The notes under the pieces are model-generated. The model was not told the DNA's origin. It was given only the letters and a program-made list of their open reading frames with translations, and did not search any database. From NCBI GenBank assembly GCA_050084985.1, contig JBITNC010000001.1:160952001-161016000 (forward strand): 64,000 nucleotides of DNA, written 5' to 3'. This stretch comes from Nageia nagi (Eukaryota; Plantae; Pinophyta). A program made the translations under genes and the position numbers. Below are positions 11,987 through 24,991 of the stretch, one piece after another (position 1 is the first letter of the stretch; each line of letters begins with the position of its first letter).

Positions 11987-14900
11987 TCTTGAAATCAGCC
12001 AATGTACAACTCAATAAATTGGCAAAAGTGCAATCCCAATCAGCCTCAAACTGACTATCCTTATAGCTCTGATTTTTGTTCAAAGAACAGTCCACAAAAC
12101 CAGCCAAAGTGGAGTCCATAAAATCCACTAACAGCTATCAACTGCAACCTCAAACTGTTTCAAATTTGCAACCAATCTCCAAGCTAATGATGACCAATCT
12201 TTAGCTTATTGTTTCAGCAAATCTAACCATTCTTCCTCCATAAACAAACTGTTGTTATCATACAAACAAAAATTACAAATAATTTCATACCTTTTTTCAT
12301 CACTATCATGGTGGATCGAGATCTCCAAAAGGCTTCCATGGCATCCCAAAGAGTGGACGTCCCATCTCCATTCTCTGATCAAACGTACTAGATGCTCCAA
12401 GGGGGTCACCAAATGTCCAAAGTGGTGGACGTCCATCTCTAAAGCTGTCCCTAACAAATTCCAATGCTCAAAACTCTTCCATGGCTCCTCCTTAACATGT
12501 CCTCCTTCAGATCGGATGCAAAGGAGTCACTACGAACCATTTCAAGTCTACTTGAGGATGCTTGTTGGGGATAATGATTTTTTATGCCCTTGAGTGATTT
12601 CCCTTCCTTTTGTCTTGAATCTCATTTCCAACGTTTGGTAGTTAGAGTAGATCTCGCCTAATGAATATAGCTATTGTACTCCCAACACCATGTGTGGTAG
12701 TCTTCCAATGGGAAAGACATAGAAATCGTCTCTCACAACATGATCTTGGACTCTAATCTCCAATTGCTTGATCACCTTATCACAAAGTGACAGTTGCCCA
12801 TTTGCATTGGCCACTCTAAAACCCTTAAAGTCGACCACTTGGAGATTCTTCTTTGCCACAAACCCTTCATCAACAAAATTGGGGGTTGCCCCACCATCAA
12901 TCAACATAATAACAACTTCACCACATGCCTTACCTTGTACCTTGATGGTTATGTACTTAGACGCCTCGGAAATTGTTGCTATGGTTCCTCCTCATCCGTC
13001 TTTGCTAGGTGGTGTTGGACATCCCATTGTTGGTCATCCCAAATATACCTCTCCTAGATCCAACTCTATATTTGAATCCTCCTCTCCATCTGAAACTACC
13101 TCAATGTAATGGATCTAACACTTACCCATGCAAAAGTGATTAGGCTCCCATAGATTCTTGCATGTGAAACACAAGTTGTTTTCTCCTAAACTCGCTTCGT
13201 GTGGTTGCATCCATCTTGTTTTCCTTCATAGGAAGCTGAATTTAGAACGAACTCTTCTCTGTTGGAGGTGCTCCTTTTGGCAAGGAACTTGATGTCCCAA
13301 GTCTAAAAGGAATGGGCGGTATAGATCTCGTCAAGGATGGCTCCAAGATCAATGCCCTCTTAATGGCATTCTGCAACAAAGTGGGTGAGAAAGCCTTCAC
13401 CATGCCTCTCAATGGATCAAGTAACCCCTCCATGAATAAAAACGTCACCCTCTTCTCTGAGATATTCAGCACCATCACTGCTAACCACTGAAACTCTGAA
13501 ATATAGTCATCAACCGTGTCTTTCTACCTCACTGCTGCCAAATCTCGAAAGTATTCATCTTTATCCTTTTGGTTAACACAATCCAAGACTCTCCAACTAA
13601 ACTCATCAAATGTGATGATTGAATTATTGCCTTAAGTGATCAAGCCATGGTGCCACCAATCATACGCCACCCCATCCAAATGTAGGGTTGTGAATTGTAC
13701 TATAATCTCATCGATCATAGGGAAAAGAGTGAAGTATGTTTGCAATTTTTGCAACCATGCCCTGGTTGTCATCTTCTCGCTACCATCATACAAGGCAACT
13801 TGCATACAGATGACCTATTGCAGATCCCTCTTATCATCTCCACATCCTCCTCCATGTGTACGACTCCCACTAGGCTTTTTCCCCAAATACACTTGAAAAC
13901 TCATTGTGGCCTTGAAGTTTGTCGTTCCAATTTGGTATTCCAGAAAAAAGGGTGTTCAACTCAAATGGAGACACAACAAGTTGTTTGACCTCGTATTTCG
14001 GAAGAAACATGGGCTTAGACGGCCTAGGTAATGGTGGTTGTTGAGTAGTTACAATCTTTGTCAGCTCCTCTCTCCCCAAATATCGATGCAACCAATAGTC
14101 ACCTCCATGCACATCTCTGGTAGATCCAGATCTGAACATAGAATACTCAATTCCTCCCACATCTCTGGAAGATCCAGATCTATGTAGGAGCATTTCTCCT
14201 CCTAGATCTCTAGCAAATCCAGATCTATGAAGGGATGCTCCTCCTAGATCTTGCTCTGTATCATAACTGAATCTTTGAAAGGATGTCCTAGGGATTTTTT
14301 CTTCAATCCTATATCCCATGTCTTAGTCTTCTCTTGTTATTGTACATTCTTGATTTTTCATGACCTCATTGACCAAGGTAGTCATCAATTCTAGCAACAA
14401 ATCGAACTTTTCCTCTGCCTCATCATTAGGATTGGACGACCTCCTCTCATTCCCCTCATCCTCTCTTCCAACAACTTCTTCATCATACATTCCTCTTCCT
14501 TCATACTACTCTTGATTTTCAGATCTCTTCTACTCCATACGAATGTCAACCATCTCCTCAACATCCTCTCTCCTAGGAGTTGTGGGAGTTTGATTCCTCC
14601 TCAGGTAGAAACAGTGACAATTTGATTGCATCAATCTACACAAGTTGGCAAGATCTAAGCTCTAATAACATTGTAATGTCCCAAATTAGTAAAACATAAT
14701 TCTTCACATTAATTAGGACAATTCCAACCTCAATCATAAAATAAATATCCACAAGAAATTTATATGAGATCAAAGAAATACAGATCTGATTTATTATGAT
14801 CTCAAAATGCAAGTACAATGGCCCAAAGGGCTAGGCGTCTAGCTTAGAATGCTATATGTCAAGCACTACGAACTGTAAATGGACCAAGAAGGCTGATGTC

Positions 14901-16449
14901 ACATCAATAAGGCCTCTAACCCCCGAATATGAGATGAAAGAGACAAGCTATACTCCCTCAAACTTGGATGCACCATTGAAGGTGCTCTCCCATGCTTGGA
15001 ATGAAGGAAGAAGTGTAACCTCATAATACCACCAGATGGACTAAGGGGTTTGAATCCTCAATCGTAGATCTAGAGGCGTCTCTACTCATCTAAACCCTCT
15101 CTTCTCCTCTAAACCCTCCCTTATGCTGCACAAGAGGAATAAGGATGGTGTTATGTCGGGTCTCGCCAAGAGAAGACTAAAGGTAATTGAATCAGCCAAA
15201 GATAAGATAATCCTCTTTATGGTGCGAATCCTCCTTTTATGCTTGGGCGTCACCTAGGAATCATGTCAAACTGTGCACCTCATTCCAAAGTTCATTATTT
15301 GACCTTGAAATCATTACAACTATTCTTAGATACCTCTAAGAGGGAGACGTACCACATTGGGCTCACAATTGGTCTCTTGGACCCACAAGTTTGCTATTCC
15401 GAGATATTATTAATACATAAAGGAATTGCAACTAAATACAAAGTATCATCCCAAGAATAGGGACGTCTCACACTTAAAGACAATAACATGCTAAATCACT
15501 ACTAACTATTACAAAGAATGCATTAAATGCAATTAAGCGCTCCTCCAAAAGAGGCGTCTCACACCAAGTAGTCCACAAGTGATAGCAAGGACACTACATA
15601 TTTCATATTTGCAAGGAATATGCCTCACTCTCCATCATCTTTATAATCAAAGATTCTAGACCCCAATTTTGGACCTTTTGAGGGGGCACATATTGAGAGG
15701 ATTTAGACCATCATGTTTTAGCTCACAATTCATTGCAAACGAACAAATCCCCTATGTATTTTCAAAAAACATTTGTTGCACAACCACTATCTTGACAACA
15801 TATTCAAGCTCACATCCTTCCCTCATAAACTCAAATTGTTAGATGTCTCTACTTCGGGCCACGAGAGGTACTAATTTCTAGCATTGTGCTCTTCAAAGAG
15901 GGTCAACATGGGCAAGTGGATGGAGTCAAAAGACGAAAAGCCACGCAATGGGTTTCACGAGGTAGCAATTGACATCAACGTTGTTAGATGGCAATGAAAT
16001 GTGAAGCTAGCAACATCAGGAGGTGAGGTGAAACAATGTAGCGAAAACGAAGAAGCATGAACAATCGATGGGAACACATGCCAATGAGCAGTAGAATGGT
16101 GAGCAACCGGACCAACGATGTGGCAAAGGATGGGTAGTGGTTGGCGGTTGACCGTCAATAGGACTGACACCCTCCTACCAACAACATGTGGCAGCTCTGG
16201 AATTGAAGTCACCTCCTATATCACATGCACCCCATGTGAAGACTATTTAGTGTTTTTTTTTATTTAATTTGTTAATATATAAATAGTGTTAGGTATTAGT
16301 TATAAAAAAACCAAAACTAATACCTACAAATAAAAAAAGGAGATAAAAACTAAAGCCAAAACAGGCATCTAAGACAGTTAAAGGTCCCGGGCTACCTAGG
16401 ATTACCTTCTTACAGAGAAAGGCGGCACAGCCAGAGCAAGAGATGGCAG

Positions 16450-19036
16450 AACAACGGAATAATAATTTGGAAGCTCTCCATGTGGAGAGTATAGAGCACA
16501 AAGTGAGGCGTTTCGGGATGACATATCTTTCTTAAGTTTCTGCACTTTGAAAATAAAAACCAAACCTAAGAATGAGAGAAAAAATCAGGACCATATTCAT
16601 AGGGATCTGCAAAACAGATTGGGAAAATGTGACAAACCACAAACATCATCACGTATCAATGCATCAACAAAAGTTTATGAGACTTTTCACATGAGGAGCA
16701 CTGCTTGCAAAAAAAATGGTATCTCCAGATTGAATGTGAGAATTCTCTGGCATAAAAACTATTGAAACTCAAACAGCATTAAACGTTAAAAAGCTAAGTG
16801 GAGTAGAAGCAGGGAAGGCTCTTGAACTTGAGAGGAAGAAGGTTGACAATGATATAGAAACAGGTGATGCAGATGTTGACAAGTATCAAGCAGAGTCTTC
16901 TTCAGGTATCACAGAGCAAGGTGAATATACTATCATGTCCATGCTAATGATATCACAAAAGAAACCTACATCCCATGCAACAGTACAAGAACAGAGGATA
17001 AGGGTATGGAAAAAGAAAGCATTAATAAGAAAAATGTTGAAAGGGCAGATGTTGATATAAAACCAACATTTTCTACAGCTCTGGAAGAACACGAAGAGTC
17101 AAGTTCATATTTGGCTATCAATGAAGCAACAGAAGTCACAATGACCCTTCACAAAAAGGATGAAATTCAACCTCAGGATAATGTGGTACATAATCAGGAG
17201 CCATCTGAGACAGGCCCAGCATGTAATAATGCAACAAAGCCACGAATCCATTCACAAATAATAAAACCATGGAACTTGAAAACATATCAAAAACAAATGA
17301 TGGATATGAAAAAGCACATCCTCCCACAATAGCAACATGGTAAAGAATCAGAATAAAGCGTGTTGTCTCAAGCTTCAATACAAGATCAAGAAGAATCACA
17401 AGGAGATCAATTTCCTTCTGGTCATGCAGCCAAACGAAGTATTGAGACTTCAATTAAGCAATAATGCAGGTACAAAAAGACCCTGGGGTATGAAATGTGG
17501 AAGACGTTAAAGCAAATATATAAGCACCAGCTACAGCCAACAGTATTAGAGGGTGCACATGTTGAGGTGATTTGAAGTACTGATGTTGAAAATGTAAAGG
17601 ATATAAGAAAGCATAGCAGGAGCCTTAACAGGAAAACACATGGTCACATGCTCAGGTGGGGACAAGAAACTGAATTTTTGGACTCCTATGCCAATAGCAC
17701 TGCAGCAACAGGAGATGCCAGCATATAATAAATCATTGATAAAAGAATCAGAATCTAACACTTCCAAAGTAGAAAGCACAACTTCTAACAAATTATTCTC
17801 AGAATCTGCAGAAGAAAAGAAAACAAAGTCGAGAACAATGTCAGATACAAGTGTAGTTGCAGATGGCTACTCATTGGTCTCTAAGAAGGTCACAGTGGAA
17901 CTAGATGGTTTTACCATCACCCATGATTTCTATGCCATTCTGCTAGGTGGGACTCATAGTATTGGGCATCTGGAGGTTGCATTTGCTTGGTGAGTTCACA
18001 CAAAACTACCAAACAATGACCCTCAGATTCGTAGACCAGGGATAAGAGAATACCATTAGAGGTGTTAGTGGTGAGTCAGTACAGCAGGTTTCAGCACATC
18101 GGATAAAGAGGCTCCCAAGGGAAGGAGTCGGCCGAGATACTTGATCAACCAACTTTGTCTTGCTTGAGGGCAATCAAATTTGGGGAGGAAGGCTTTGTAA
18201 TCTTCCTCTTTTGACATTAGCTACACATGGGGTCCACTCAGCTAGTGTCAGAAGGCAGTATGAGTGGCTGGACAACATAGGAATAGTAATTATATATTTT
18301 TCGTAAGTAAATTCCTAAATTAGCAAGTATTAATTGTAAGTCGTAACACACCTAGAAACCTTGGAGCTGAAAAGAGAGTTGACCAATGAGTTAAATTAGT
18401 CGCATGAGCTAAATTAATAATTGATCAGTCAGTTGGAGAATCCTAAGTTAGTACGCCTAGTGAATTGCAAGTAAATTTAGTAAGTATGCCTTGGATTTTA
18501 AGTCGAACTGGAGCTGACAAATCCAAGAATGTATGTAGCATAGTGGCTCCCTAGTTCGTATTTTATAGGAGGTGTTGGGGGCAAAAGAAAATCATCTTTT
18601 GCATTTTGAAAAAAATTAATTTTATTCTCTGGTATGAGTGGCTCTGTACAGCAGCTTGTGTAGCATTGAAGACTGAAGCCTTCAATAATCGGGTAATTCA
18701 AAATCAGATTCTATCATCAGATCAGTTTGGTGACGAAAACCCTTAAGTGCAGATCGGAACAGCAGACTGTCATTATTATTGTGGGTATGTGGAGCATATT
18801 GGTATCACCATTCCAAGCAATAAAAGTACTTGTGAGTTTGGTATATTTATTGCAGATTTCATTTTCTTAATTGTGTGGATCTTCTTGCATGTAATTCCAC
18901 TAAATATTACAAAATACAAAAAATATATCTATGTTGGAAAGGTTCTGTTTGTTGTGTTTCATAGTCTTTTGTTTGGGTCTTTACAGGAGTAAGGGTTTAT
19001 CCGTGAAAAGCAATTGGTCAGCTCGAGGGGTATACA
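16450..19036 (+). mobile_element. 3' part of a degenerate non-autonomous gypsy-like element: protease C-terminal remnant, pol 3' tail/PPT, LTR from 18196
   Basis: VADGYSL...ITHDFYAILLGG and GEFTQNYQTMTLRF at about 17850-18030; TGCTTGAGGGCAATCAAATTTGGGGAGGAAGGCTT|TGTAAT at 18161-18201; the LTR end (19036 or about 19076) and the 5' boundary are uncertain. Confidence 0.6.
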
Positions 19037-19042
19037 CAAAAA

Positions 19043-19243
19043 CAGGGTTGCCAAAATCTGCAAAAGAGGTGTTATAAACTTGTCAATTATTTATGCTTGG
19101 AATTCAGTATAATTTACAGATATTTTTTGCAAATATCGATATCTTTTTAAAATGTCAATTTCTACTGATTAATTGCTGATAATATTATCAATATGATTTC
19201 CCAAGATGGTCAATAAATGTCAATCACTATTTTTGCAACCATG
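19043..19243. mobile_element. hAT-like MITE, about 200 bp
   Basis: 15-bp TIRs CAGGGTTGCCAAAAT / CATGGTTGCAAAAAT (reverse complement of the right end), 2 mismatches; no TSD seen. Confidence 0.55.
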
Positions 19244-20267
19244 GGCTTAAGTTCCAGGTAAATTCTTCCTAGAATAGATGCAAGGGCTGTATTCTTTGTT
19301 ATGCATTCTAATTGAATCACTTTTTAGTTGTAACAGAAATGGATTTAATTATCTATTATCCATTTAGTTGAGTTTCTTCTACTACTTGGAATTTGAAGGA
19401 GTAAGATAATGACATCTCCCTCCCTACTAATATTATGTCTACATAATATTTAGGTATAGCACCTAGTCTTATATCCATTAATACTATCAGTCTCCAACTA
19501 GATCATATATGTTGCACAAAAGATATCAGCTAAATTTTAATGAAAAACACGTCACATGTTACCTATAAAATGTTACAAGGCTGCTAAAATTATAAAACAA
19601 AGTCTGATTAATCATAATGTATTGTGTATGCAAAACACATTCTAGCATCCTTCCTTGTATTTAAAAAAATCAAAAGCATGAACAATTATCCTAATTAATA
19701 AATGCTAAATTCAACAAGCACGCTGAATTGGTTTCCTACCATTCACATCACATTTGGTAGATCAAACTCAACAGCACAATCTCACCAGAAAAAGAACTGA
19801 CCTTACTTTTCATTTTTGCATGTTTTCTTGTTTATACTTTATATAAGAGAGTGATACCATAGACACTCATTAACATTAAAGGACGATTGATAACTGAAAC
19901 ACTAATAAAGAAAAAAAAAAAAGTGTTCCAGAAATAACCCAATCGGACATGAATTGAAAGTTAGCATTCAATGTGTTCCTGTATATCATAATAGAACCTC
20001 CCATAACTGGGAGAAGAAAAACAGTGCTAACTAGTTACTAGTTACTAATTACTAATACCACAAACTGGTCTTTCTTTGCACTGGATAAAATTCTTCAGTT
20101 GTAAAATACGGTTGGGAGAGGGTTGTGAAACACACCTTCCATGTCATTTATCTTGCATGAGGATCATAATTCAAGAGAAATCACTTGATTCTAACAGATT
20201 GGTAAGGAGAACAAAAAGTAATTTGGAGTCAAAGAAATAATGCATGAAAAAGAAGTTATATCCATAC

Positions 20268-20766
20268 CAATTCAAGCTCTTCACACCGTTCTTTTGGCAT
20301 TGCCAGTCCATGGCGTAAAAGTGCCATAGCTGCAGTCCTTAATTGCAAAGGAGAAACACCTCTTTCACCACCATCAGCAACAAACTCAGCTTCATTAACC
20401 CCTTTCTCATTCTTCCCAGAGTCTACAACTTTTTTGGCAAACAAAGGAATTCCAAACTCAGCAGCAATCTGCCTTTTATACTTTTCCGCTGCAGAATGTG
20501 CAATTTCATGACAATCAACACAAAGCAAAACGATGTCATGTGATCGATGGCTCTTCAAATGCTCAGGAAAATGCATTCTGTAGCAAGAAGGGATAATTCG
20601 ATAGCGTAAATAATGATTGCTTTCCCCACAACCAACACAGCGGTTTTTTTTGCTTTGAATGTAGAATTCATTGTTCTCGTCTTCTGGGCGACCTTTGGGC
20701 TCAAAAAGAAGTTTAACAGCTGGAGGGTCGTCCTCAATAATCTCTGCCAAATTCCGACGAAGATAC
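20268..20766 (-). CDS. RRP6L3: RRP6L3 exon G (WYLRRNLAE...FEPKGRPEDE...CVGCG...HFPEHLKSHRSHDIVLLCVDCHE...EELEL; EXD2-like Cys/His, HNH-like domain)
   Basis: TTTTGTCCTTAAAG| acceptor, |GTATGG donor; 499 nt, phase 2/0; no stops. Confidence 0.93.
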
Positions 20767-20883
20767 CTTTAAGGACAAAACATTCACACATTGATAAGAA
20801 GTGCTATTAGTCATCTAATAATATGATATTCAAATAAATACGAAAGAAAACAAATAGAGAGAAAAAAAGAAGTCTTAGCCAAC

Positions 20884-21073
20884 CAGTCAAGTTTTCTACG
20901 ATCACAATAGCAGAGAAGACGACCATCACTAGCATAGATCCTACAGTTGTGATAAACCGGTGACTTGCAAGAAAATTTCCGTACAAACTGTGCACGTGAA
21001 GCTTCTTTGTTGCCTTTTGATGTTCCATATCGATTCGCCTTTACCAACCTTGCATTCAATCTAGCAGAAGCTC
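20884..21073 (-). CDS. RRP6L3: RRP6L3 exon F (GASARLNAR...FVRKFSCKSPVYHNCRIYASDGRLLCYCDRRKLDW)
   Basis: Strongly conserved FSCKxPVYHNCRIYAxDGRLLCYCD motif; donor TG|GTTGGC; the upstream acceptor GCTGCAG| is inferred from frame. Confidence 0.88.
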
Positions 21074-21152
21074 CTGCAGCAAGCGCATCCACACGTTTGA
21101 CCTTAATGTCTTCCAAAGAAATTATCCTGATTAATAAGTGTTATGTCCAAAC

Positions 21153-21420
21153 CTGTAATGTTTCCTTCCTGTGAACTAGCACTAGCTTTGACAGAATCCT
21201 CTCTCAGAAGTTCGCATAAATTATTAATGTGAGCATAAACCACAGGTGATGGTGAGGGGAGAGCTGCCATGAAAGGAAAAGTATTTACAGCCTGTTGAAC
21301 AGGATCAGCTGCAGAAATTGTACTCAAGATTGTCTTTGGATCTCTAGGTGTTGCTCTTGCAAGAAATAGTATGGCCTGATCCGAAAGTACAAAACGTAAG
21401 CTCTCATCTTCTAATCTGGC
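21153..21420 (-). CDS. RRP6L3: RRP6L3 exon E (ARLEDESLRFVLSDQAILFLARATP...PSPVVYAHINNL...GNIT; HRDC domain)
   Basis: TCTTTGGCAG| acceptor; ARxxDESxRxVLSD HRDC motif; the 3' end assumes a 79-nt intron starting CAG|GTTTGG (see findings). Confidence 0.85.
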
Positions 21421-24191
21421 CTGCCAAAGAGCACAAGTTCATTAGGTTCCATTTTTGGGAATGCAACTGCTAGAGTTATTCAAATTAAACAATTAACATG
21501 AACCAGAAAAGATCACTCTTTTTAAGGAACTGAAAAACCCAAAAAACAACCAACCATTTTCATTAGATGTGCAATTTAATTTTAGTAAGTTAGAAACAAT
21601 GAAATAAAGTGATTGCTGAAGAATAAACTTTTTCTTGGATAAAACATTTAATTGAAGCTGTATTTTAATTCAAAGAATCACATAGCTTACTCATGCACCA
21701 AACAACCAAAATTTGTGCACAACTAAGAACTTCCCGGACAAAAAGGATTGTACAAACAACAAACAATAGAATTAATATTGTTGATTTGTCCATTATGAAA
21801 TTTACACAAATCATAGTGGTGTGCAGTCTAGTTCAACAAGGTAAATTTATATCTAGCTATTATGAAAGACATAATCATATTGAGCCTAAAAGGATTTATT
21901 TAGAGTTCATCCTCAGCATAATGTGTGGAAAAAGGTATCAAGAACAAATCAAGCAGAATTATAGGATTTTTTTAGCACCACATTTATGAATATCTAGAAT
22001 GTATATTGTTTAATGTACTAACAAAATAGATATTCAACAAAACAATGAATGTGTAATTTGTAAATGTTAGACCACAAAATTAAAACTTGGTAATGAAGTA
22101 AATGTCCCATAAATAGAAGTGTATGTCTTGATGTAATGTGTCCCAACTCTGCATTTTTTTTCCTCTCTTTGTAAAACCATATCTGCAAAGTAATGGGATG
22201 TATTCTTCAACTTTACAGCAGCCTCTTTCTTCTTTGGACTCATAGTGTGAAGGTTTATTTTGCAGAGGTAACATATTAAAGAGCATCAACATGGTGCAGA
22301 CCCCAAAGATAAAACATCAAGAAACTTGTGACCTGTGAATATATTTCATTTTCCTTCAGTCATAGATGAAAATGGCATCAAGATTCTGTCAATATTTGCA
22401 AAGGAAGCAGTCCTTGTAATACATCATCCTCCACATCCCGAGTCTCCCCTATCCCCAAACCAATTTCATGCTGTATTGCCAATTAGGTAAAAAACAGCTG
22501 TACTTAAGAGTCATAGACTAAGGGTTAGATGATTGATCATTATATCCAAAAGGAGCTGCATGTCAAATGATAAAGATCCTGTTAACCCGATGCAGTCATA
22601 GAATTCATCTATCTCAGTCACTAGTATTGGTGGTAGAGAAACCATGGTATCTAAAAATTTCATCCCAACCTTCATAGGTGTAGAGACCTAAATTTTATAG
22701 ACTTCAAAAATACTTTTATAGACTTCACTTGTTATGATAAAAGAAATGGTCAATTTAACAAAGCCCTACACCCAACCAATGATGTAGGAAACTATAGAGA
22801 CCTAAATTGGTGTTTTTGCTATTTAAAATGTATTTATGTAAGTGTTTTATTTGATTTATGTAAAATGTTAATTTTGGGCCTACTTGAGGTCATTTCTAAA
22901 ATTTAGTAATATCTTCTAATTTCACATTATCTCACATACACATCATCCTAGGTGCTCTCACCTACGTGAATCCAAAATTAGACTTCTCCAAGTCTATATA
23001 AAGCAAAGAGCTAAGATTCATTTCATATTTCCAAGTACAATATCAAATTTTCATTTGAACCAAGTCAACAATCGTAGAACACATATGCCGAAGGTCATTG
23101 CAATCCATAATGTCGTCGAACTGTGTGCATTTGGGATCTTGCATTCCAGAACGAGGACATTTGAGGAGCCCACCCCTAGAACACAAGAGACTGGTCCTTG
23201 GACAAGTCTCAAAAGTCTATTTAGCCCAACACATCACAAGTCCATAGTTCACCTACTCCAAAACGTTAGGATTCATCCTCCAAAAGCACAAGTTGTCCGT
23301 CAGCCTACCTTCAATCTCCCAATTTCATATAAGTCTTCTCTATATCTCCTCTTATAAATGCTACATAATCCTAGTTACTCAATCCTATACTACATTTAGC
23401 TTGACGTAATGTCCCCAATTTGTGTGTTACTCAATCCTATACTACATTTAGCTTGATGTAATGTTCCCAATTTGTGTGTTCCATTCATGTATGACACTCT
23501 CATGCTTGACTTAGTCATCATGGAGTAGGACGTCCCCCTTGGGGAATAGTTATGTGTGCTTTGGTGTATTTTGTGCCCAAGGAGGAGTTAGAAGACTTGG
23601 GGAGGATCGTCCAGCTATGAAGAGAAGGAGAGCTCCATTCTAAGCATTGTAATTTTTCCATTTGACCAATAGGAGTGGGGCATCCCTCTTCTAGGAATGT
23701 GTAGGCATAATTTATTGTATCTATACCTGATTTATGTAATTAGAAATCATTTTGTAATTGTTCTTGGGCATGGTATCTTTAGTTGGGATCTCTAGGATGG
23801 AATTTGTGATTCCAAGATCCAATTGTAAGCCCCAATATTGGTCGTCCATTTTTGCATGATTCTGAGGTGAGATCAAGATCTCAAAATGGGATGTTTAGCT
23901 ATAAAGTAAAGCAGCATACCACTTTTGGATCATCTTTGGCTATTGTCAATCATCTTCTTTGAAACTTGGTTGCAAAGTCAGTTTCTAGCCTCTTGTGCAC
24001 GAAAACCTACAAGAAAGTGGTTTAGGAGGACAAAAACCCTTCTAGATCCAAGGCTTAAAGACGAAAACCCTTAAGTCATTGTTCCAGTGGCTTTTCCGAG
24101 TTCAGATCCAGCAGTTGGGAGTTCCTTCAGTGGTGTGTCTAGCTTGTGGGGTTGTTGTGAGTCACTTCAGTAATCAGATTCAGGGGTTAGA

Positions 24192-24991
24192 TGTGATGTA
24201 CCTTTCTAGGGTTTATCCAAATTAGCATTCAATTCAACACTTATCCACGAGTTAGGGCATCAATGAACATGCTTATTAATCATCCAAAACATGCGCTCAA
24301 ACTGAATTATAACAGCAGTATCCAAATCTGATATAAAGCGCTCATAACATGTGAACAATGATCAAAACTAGGGCACAAATCAGATCTGTTACATAACAGG
24401 AATATAGCTCCAAAAGGCTGGTGCAAGGTAAGATGGCTCCCAATGGCTAGCGCAAGCTCCCAAAGTAGCAAGAATGATGGTGCAAAACTTTAGAATGCTC
24501 CTCAAGGTTGGCGCAAGCTTTCCAAGTGTTGTAGAACCGTAGAAAAGCCACTCCTAGGCTAGGGAGTAGCCCTAAGCCCTAGAAGGTAGATAAGGGAAGC
24601 ATCCCTAAACTCTAAATGATCCTAGATCAAATGCACAAGATGATGTCTTTAAATGACTAAATGCCTTTCCTTTATAGCATTCCAAACTTGTCAATATGTT
24701 CTCTAAAGTTGGCCGACTCATCAAGGAGGAATAAATAATTATTTAATGTGCATTAAGTCTCCTTTTCTTGGCCGACTAGGTGAGGGGAGATTTATTATAT
24801 TAAATGGTCCTTTTTCTTTGGCAAATAAACACCAAATATGCCTTTTACTTGGGTGCATGCCATCTAGGCACAAATATGGCTTATTGAAGTACATAAAATG
24901 ACAAATTAAATATTCCTAAGCTAAGTGCTAGAGATCACAATGAATAGGTATGAGGGGAGACGTCTAGATGTCCCGAATTGGGGACATTACA
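24192..24991. mobile_element. Solo LTR (800 bp) inside the 5' LTR of the 23457-31600 element
   Basis: TGTGATGT...GGGACATTACA ends; perfect TSD TTAGA (24187-24191, 24992-24996); empty site GGTTAGAGGCC in the 3' LTR. Confidence 0.93.

Larger units (their letters stand above)
2859..15598 (-). mobile_element. Non-autonomous Ty3/gypsy LTR element (gag + protease only). 5' LTR 14672-15598; 3' LTR 2859-5665, interrupted at 3608-5464; hosts the element at 6110-11986
   Basis: The two LTRs are clearly homologous; PBS-like TGTTATTAGAGC at about 14659-14670; PPT GAGAGGGGTGAACT at 5666-5679; gag and LIDGGATPNF protease at 12600-14600; no RT or INT of its own; TSD not clean (TCCTT/TATTT). Confidence 0.85.

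Noticed and set aside
16290-16327. 12-bp hairpin TAGGTATTAGTT...AACTAATACCTA as a functional element
   Set aside because: A real inverted repeat, but short, AT-rich and in TE debris, with no supporting context.
20160-20200. Next RRP6L3 exon after the acceptor-like TCTCCTTACCAATCTGTTAG
   Set aside because: It reads NQVISLEL* with no similarity to the expected conserved continuation; the next exon is probably outside the window.
21127-21152. 26-nt micro-intron GTTTGG...AATCAG (and a 51-nt alternative ending TAAG)
   Set aside because: Both give the wrong frame and an early stop; only the 79-nt option restores the frame.
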